64,000 bases of DNA from Camelus dromedarius (lineage: Eukaryota). Each line of letters opens with the position of its first letter. Position 1 is the first letter of the stretch. Both the position numbers and the translations under genes were made by a program. Below the pieces are notes generated by a model that did no database searches, was not told where the DNA came from, and worked only from the letters and a program-made list of their open reading frames with translations. Shown here in pieces: positions 63,595 to 64,000 of this stretch. The stretch is taken from assembly GCF_036321535.1 (NCBI RefSeq), contig NC_087437.1:117120001-117184000 (forward strand). Reading direction: 5' to 3'.

Positions 63595-64000
63595 GCATGG
63601 AAACACTTGTGGCATGGAAAGCTTCTTAAGGGCTGATTAATAGAGAATTCTTTATGGAAAGATTCATAGCATATCTGCTTTGATTCTTGAGTGTTCTCAG
63701 TGTTGATAGGAAGTTTTAAGTTGTCTAGAAGGGACCCAGTAATAATGATTACTTTCTCCTTAGTTGCTGGTGAACATTTGCTTTCTAAATGGAGAAACAT
63801 CTAACATCCTCTTAGATTTTCTTCATTCTCTGTAGGTTGACATTTTCAAAATCAACACTTTTCTGAGAGAAGCCTAGAAAAATCCCATAGTGGATTCCTA
63901 GGGGCTTTTGTGAGCACTCTCTAAAAAATGCCTGGCGGTGTCCTTGTCTGAGTGTAGACTTCAGGGTAGGGATCAGGTCTTATCCAACTTTATGTTTGCC

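Overview
Mammalian genomic DNA, very probably a camelid (alpaca/llama/camel) judging by a dense tRNA-Ala-derived SINE of the vic-1 type. The gene order matches human 21q22.2. It contains: the 5' end of BRWD1 (minus, coding exons 1-4 inside a CpG island, gene runs off the left edge); the complete six-exon HMGN1 gene (minus, 101 aa); an old intronless RNF6 retropseudogene (minus) split by an MLT1 LTR; and exons 1-2 of GET1/WRB (plus). The rest is mostly L1 fragments, MaLR/ERV LTRs, Tigger-family DNA transposons, SINEs and a U6 retrocopy. I find no evidence for a wholly new multi-gene system. The best leads are regulatory: two well-formed cryptic microexons in HMGN1 intron 4 (one in-frame, one starting with a stop), a non-canonical GC donor at GET1 exon 2, a tandem NRF1-motif array in GET1 intron 1 (candidate alternative promoter/imprinted DMR orthologue), uORFs before BRWD1 and GET1, and SINE dimers that seem to have inserted as single units. 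Gene and repeat names come from my recall of known sequences, not from searches; repeat boundaries are approximate.
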